Assembly: GCA_035656655.1 (NCBI GenBank)
Contig: DASRSE010000134.1
Coordinates: forward strand, 1-49,726
DNA from: Pirellulales bacterium
GTDB lineage: Bacteria > Planctomycetota > Planctomycetia > Pirellulales > DASRSE01
DNA: 49,726 nucleotides
Reading direction: 5' to 3'
Shown here piece by piece: positions 46,420 to 49,726 of the stretch. The position numbers and the translations under genes were made by a program. Positions within the stretch are counted from its first letter, which is position 1. Every line of letters begins with the position of its first letter. The notes under the pieces were generated by a model. It saw only the letters and a list, made by a program, of their open reading frames with translations, made no database searches and had not been told where the DNA came from.

Positions 46420-48225
46420 ATGCCTGACGTTCGCAATATTCGCAATTTTTCGATCATCGCTCACATCGATCACGGCAAAAGCACGCTGGCCGATCGTCTA
46501 TTGGAGCAAACCGGCACCGTCAACAAACGCGACATGCGGGCGCAAGTGCTGGACGACATGGACCTCGAGCGCGAGCGCGGAATCACGATTAAAGCCCGCG
46601 CTGTGGCGATGAAGTATCGGCTGAACGGCGTCGACTACGAACTGAATCTGATCGACACGCCAGGCCACGTCGATTTTCACTATGAGGTCTCGCGCAGTCT
46701 CGCTTGCTGCGAAGGAGCGCTGCTGCTGGTCGATGCGTTTCAAGGGGTTGAAGCTCAAACCGTCGCCAACGCCTTTGCCGCGATGGAGCACGACATCACC
46801 ATCGTGCCCTTGTTGAACAAGGTCGATCTGAAGCACGCGCGGCCGGACGAAGTCAAGCTTGAAATGCAGCAAGTGCTGGGGATCGATCCGGCCGACGTCT
46901 TGCCTTGCAGCGGCAAGACCGGAGTCGGCGTCGATAAAGTTCTGGAAGCGATCGTTGCGCGGATGCCGCCCCCCCGAGGCACCCCCGACGCACCGCTGCA
47001 AGCGATGGTTTTTGACTCGCATTACGACGACTATCGCGGCGCCATCACCTACATCCGCTTGATGAACGGCCGCGTTCGCAAGGGACAGCGGATTCGCTTT
47101 CTGAAAACCGAAGCCACCTACGAAGTCCTCGAATGCGGGCAGTTCGTTCCCGAGCGCAGGGCGTGCGAAGAACTGCAAGCCGGGCAAGTCGGTTACTTGA
47201 TCTGCAACATCAAAGCGATTCAAGATGTCCACATCGGCGACACGGTGTCGGTCCCCGGCGAAGGCGCGGCGGCGGCGCTCGAGGGTTATCGGCCGCCGCA
47301 GCGAATGGTCTATTGCGGCCTCTATCCCTCGGACGGCCAAAATTTTGAAGAGCTGCGCGACGCGCTGACCAAGCTCAGCATTAACGACCCGAGCTTCGAG
47401 TTCACGCCCGAAACGAGCGACGCCTTGGGCTTCGGCTTTCGCTGCGGTTTTCTCGGCTTGCTCCACATGGAAATTGTCCAGCAGCGGCTCGAACAAGAAT
47501 CCAACATCGACCTCGTGCAAACCGCCCCCAACGTGACCTACGAATTAGTCACGACGACCGGCGAGACCATTCAAATCCACAATCCACAAGATGTCCCCGA
47601 CGCCGGATCGATCCAAGATTTCATGCAGCCGATTGTCCGCGTCAACTTCGTCTTGCCCACGGAGTTCATCGGCGGGGTCATGCAGCTTTGCACCGATCGC
47701 CGCGGGGTCTACGTTCGCACCGAATATCTCTCCGGGACGCGCGCGATGCTGACGTTCGATTTGCCGTTGGCCGACGTGATTTATGACATGCACGACAAGC
47801 TGAAGAGCGTCACCCGCGGCTACGGCACGATGGACTACGAGCTGCTTGGCTACTTTCCGGCCGATCTGGTCCGGATGGACATTCTCGTCGGCGGCAAGCG
47901 GGTCGATGCGTTGTCGATCATTTGCGACAAGCGCGACGCGGAGCGGCGCGGCCGCGCGATCGTCAAAAAACTGCGGACCGAAATCGATCGCCATATGTTC
48001 GAAATCGCGATCCAAGCCGCAATCGGCAGCCGCGTGATCGCTCGCGAAACCATCTCCGCGATGCGGAAGAACGTCACCGCCAAATGCTACGGCGGCGACA
48101 TCACCCGCAAACGCAAGCTCTGGGCCAAGCAAAAAGAAGGCAAGAAGCGAATGAAATCGATCGGCAGCGTCGATATTCCGCAAAAAGCGTTTCTCGCCGT
48201 TCTTGAAACGGGCACCGAAAAGTAG
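46420..48225 (+). CDS. lepA: Translation elongation factor 4
   Basis: Internal ATG (MPDVRNIRNFSIIAHIDHGKSTLADRLL...). G-domain motifs DTPGHVDF and NKVD are present, with the LepA-specific C-terminus ending KRKLWAKQKEGKKRMK. Confidence 0.96.
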   Translation: MPDVRNIRNFSIIAHIDHGKSTLADRLLEQTGTVNKRDMRAQVLDDMDLERERGITIKARAVAMKYRLNGVDYELNLIDTPGHVDFHYEVSRSLACCEGALLLVDAFQGVEAQTVANAFAAMEHDITIVPLLNKVDLKHARPDEVKLEMQQVLGIDPADVLPCSGKTGVGVDKVLEAIVARMPPPRGTPDAPLQAMVFDSHYDDYRGAITYIRLMNGRVRKGQRIRFLKTEATYEVLECGQFVPERRACEELQAGQVGYLICNIKAIQDVHIGDTVSVPGEGAAAALEGYRPPQRMVYCGLYPSDGQNFEELRDALTKLSINDPSFEFTPETSDALGFGFRCGFLGLLHMEIVQQRLEQESNIDLVQTAPNVTYELVTTTGETIQIHNPQDVPDAGSIQDFMQPIVRVNFVLPTEFIGGVMQLCTDRRGVYVRTEYLSGTRAMLTFDLPLADVIYDMHDKLKSVTRGYGTMDYELLGYFPADLVRMDILVGGKRVDALSIICDKRDAERRGRAIVKKLRTEIDRHMFEIAIQAAIGSRVIARETISAMRKNVTAKCYGGDITRKRKLWAKQKEGKKRMKSIGSVDIPQKAFLAVLETGTEK

Positions 48226-48270
48226 CCGCCGCGGCCCGCCTCGCTCACCCCACGCTCAAACGATGCGCGC

Positions 48271-49134
48271 ATGGAACCCGTCCGGCGAATTTGCACCGGG
48301 TTAGCCCTCCTCGGCATCGCCGGATTGTCCGTCGAGCTGCTTTTCATGCTCGGCTTGTTTCGGCCGCTGCGAGTAGAAAGCGGGTCAATGGCCCCCACCG
48401 TCCGCGGCCCGCATTACGAAATCGTCTGCCAGAACTGCGGCCACCGGTTTGCAATCGATGCGCTTCGGCCGCCTCCCACTGGATATGCCGCTTGTCCTTT
48501 GTGCGGTGCGAATCACAATCCGCTTCCCGATGCCATCGAACTCGGCGCCCGCTTGTATGTCGATCGAACTGCCTTCTGGTGGCGCGACCCACGGCGCTGG
48601 GAACCGATCGTTTTTCGCGACCCGCTATCCGGCCAGCTCGTTCTCAAGCGCGTCGTCGGTCTGCCGGGCGAAACGATCGCGATCCGCGACGGAGCGGTCT
48701 TTGTCAATGGCCAGCGACAGCCCCCGCCGGACCGCGTGCGCCGCGCGATGGCGATCCTCGTCCACGACCCGGCCTGCCGCCCAAAAGTGCTCGGAACGAA
48801 GAACGAACCGCTATCCGACGCGGTTGCCTACAATCAAACGGAGTCGCGGCGGCTCAACCGCGTGGCGCATCCTTGGCACATCGTCGGCGGACAACTCGCG
48901 GAACTCGCCGACCCAGACGGTTGGAGCACGGCTGCCGAACCGGTTTATCGCGACGTTTATTACACCCAGGTGCCGCGGGTTGGAACAGGCGCCCCGCCGG
49001 CCGACTATCCGCTCGGCGCGGACGAGTTCTTCGTCTTGGGCGACAACAGCCCCATCAGCGACGACAGCCGCCACTGGCCGCGGCCCGGCTTGCCGCGCGC
49101 GGCGCTCGTCGGCAAACCGCTCGGCATCCGCTAA
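48271..49134 (+). CDS. lepB: Signal peptidase I (S26) with a CxxC...CxxC insertion after the catalytic serine box
   Basis: N-terminal TM helix, then SGSMAPT (catalytic Ser), KRVVGLPGE (catalytic Lys) and GDNSPISDDSRHW (box E). lepA-lepB synteny supports the call. Confidence 0.88.
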   Translation: MEPVRRICTGLALLGIAGLSVELLFMLGLFRPLRVESGSMAPTVRGPHYEIVCQNCGHRFAIDALRPPPTGYAACPLCGANHNPLPDAIELGARLYVDRTAFWWRDPRRWEPIVFRDPLSGQLVLKRVVGLPGETIAIRDGAVFVNGQRQPPPDRVRRAMAILVHDPACRPKVLGTKNEPLSDAVAYNQTESRRLNRVAHPWHIVGGQLAELADPDGWSTAAEPVYRDVYYTQVPRVGTGAPPADYPLGADEFFVLGDNSPISDDSRHWPRPGLPRAALVGKPLGIR

Positions 49135-49225
49135 CTTCCGCTCCGCATCATGCCGCTCCGCAACAACGATTTCGGGCGTCCGTAGGTCCGTCCGCCGCGG
49201 CGGAAAACAAATTTCGCACGAATCG

Positions 49226-49555
49226 TTAGTGCACCGACGAGTTCAAGCAGTCGGCGGTGGATCTGGTGTTGGCCGAACCGTCGGCATAGGAGTAATCGAC
49301 ATGGAGCGAAGAACCGTCCACCGCGCCACCGCGCTCTTGAGACTCGCGGGTTAACTGCTGGAAGCCATTGTACGCCCGCTTTACGTCGTTGACCACACTG
49401 CCGCTCGTGGCGGCGTCGTAGCTGGTGACCTGGGTGACTAGCCCGCGGACGTCGTTTCGATCCGCAAAATGGCGTAGGCAGATTGGACCGGCCCTGTTTC
49501 CATCTTCATGAGTTCCCGAAGCGAATTGGTTTGCGTCCCCTTTAATCCGCTCCCA
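49226..49555 (-). pseudogene. RHS/YD-repeat protein fragment with no usable start codon
   Basis: A 109-codon open frame between in-frame stops. It contains ...VTQVTSYDAATSGSVVNDVKRAYNGFQQLTRESQERGGAVDGSSLHVDYSYADGSANT..., a YD-repeat-like periodicity. There is no ATG, and only a late GTG giving fewer than 60 aa, so the track does not list it. Confidence 0.4.
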
Positions 49556-49726
49556 TCACATCAATTCCGTGATCTCTGAGACGCGCAACGCCCCGTGCGG
49601 TAAACGACGTCCAAGCGACGTCTAATGTTTTTAAAGAAGGCAAAGCCAAGAAGTAGGGAATCGAGTCGTCCTTCAACGCAAGACTTCCGATCATGACATA
49701 AGTTACGGATTTCGGAATCTGCGCGA
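49542..49726 (-). CDS. C-terminal end of a leucine-rich-repeat-like protein (gene runs off the right edge)
   Basis: Minus-strand translation reads ...IPKSVTYVMIGSLALKDDSIPYFLALPSLKTLDVAWTSFTARGVARLRDHGIDVMGAD* with an LRR-like L..L..L..L spacing. Only about 60 aa are visible, and the segment has lower GC. Confidence 0.35.
   Translation of the reverse strand, partial: AQIPKSVTYVMIGSLALKDDSIPYFLALPSLKTLDVAWTSFTARGVARLRDHGIDVMGAD

Overview
This is a GC-rich, gene-dense chromosomal window. Gene content suggests a Planctomycetota (Pirellulales-like) genome, but that is inference only. The clues are an alternative complex III fused to a caa3 oxidase operon, Zn-ribbon/Pro-Ala-rich membrane proteins, and RHS/LRR fragments.

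Layout, left to right:
- tig-clpP-clpP with tRNA-Gly(GCC).
- An FHA-domain protein.
- A three-gene minus-strand unit headed by a degenerate sigma54-activator-like protein.
- A 595-nt gene-free gap holding a rod-shaped structured RNA candidate with a strong intrinsic terminator.
- A secreted beta-propeller protein.
- A REP-like palindrome cluster.
- A stress-type block: AraC regulator, DUF417/RclC-like protein, PhnB-like VOC protein, two YciI/DGPF proteins and an ECF42-type sigma factor.
- A roughly 12.8-kb run of 12 co-directional respiratory genes: actABCDEF, a small membrane ORF, SCO1 and ctaCDEF.
- A PaoABC-like periplasmic molybdo-flavoenzyme plus two DAO-family flavoproteins, one fused to a Rieske domain.
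- Two Zn-ribbon membrane proteins flanking coaX and a FabH-like gene.
- A polytopic membrane protein, an FAH-family protein, gmd, ugd, mutY, lepA and lepB.
- At the right edge, an RHS-repeat fragment and a partial LRR ORF in a visibly lower-GC stretch.

I found no rRNA, CRISPR array, transposase, integrase, reverse transcriptase or recognisable defence-type enzyme pair. I do not see a clear-cut novel multi-gene system.

The best candidates for undescribed biology are:
- the 6S-like ncRNA at 6933-7177;
- the degenerate bEBP trio at 4151-6776;
- the ECF42/DGPF module with a candidate target promoter;
- the Zn-ribbon multidomain protease;
- the Zn-ribbon insertion in LepB.

Many long ORFs in the track are antisense shadows typical of high-GC DNA. 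Several track starts are TTG or GTG, so I moved some starts to internal ATGs using arithmetic on the track coordinates.
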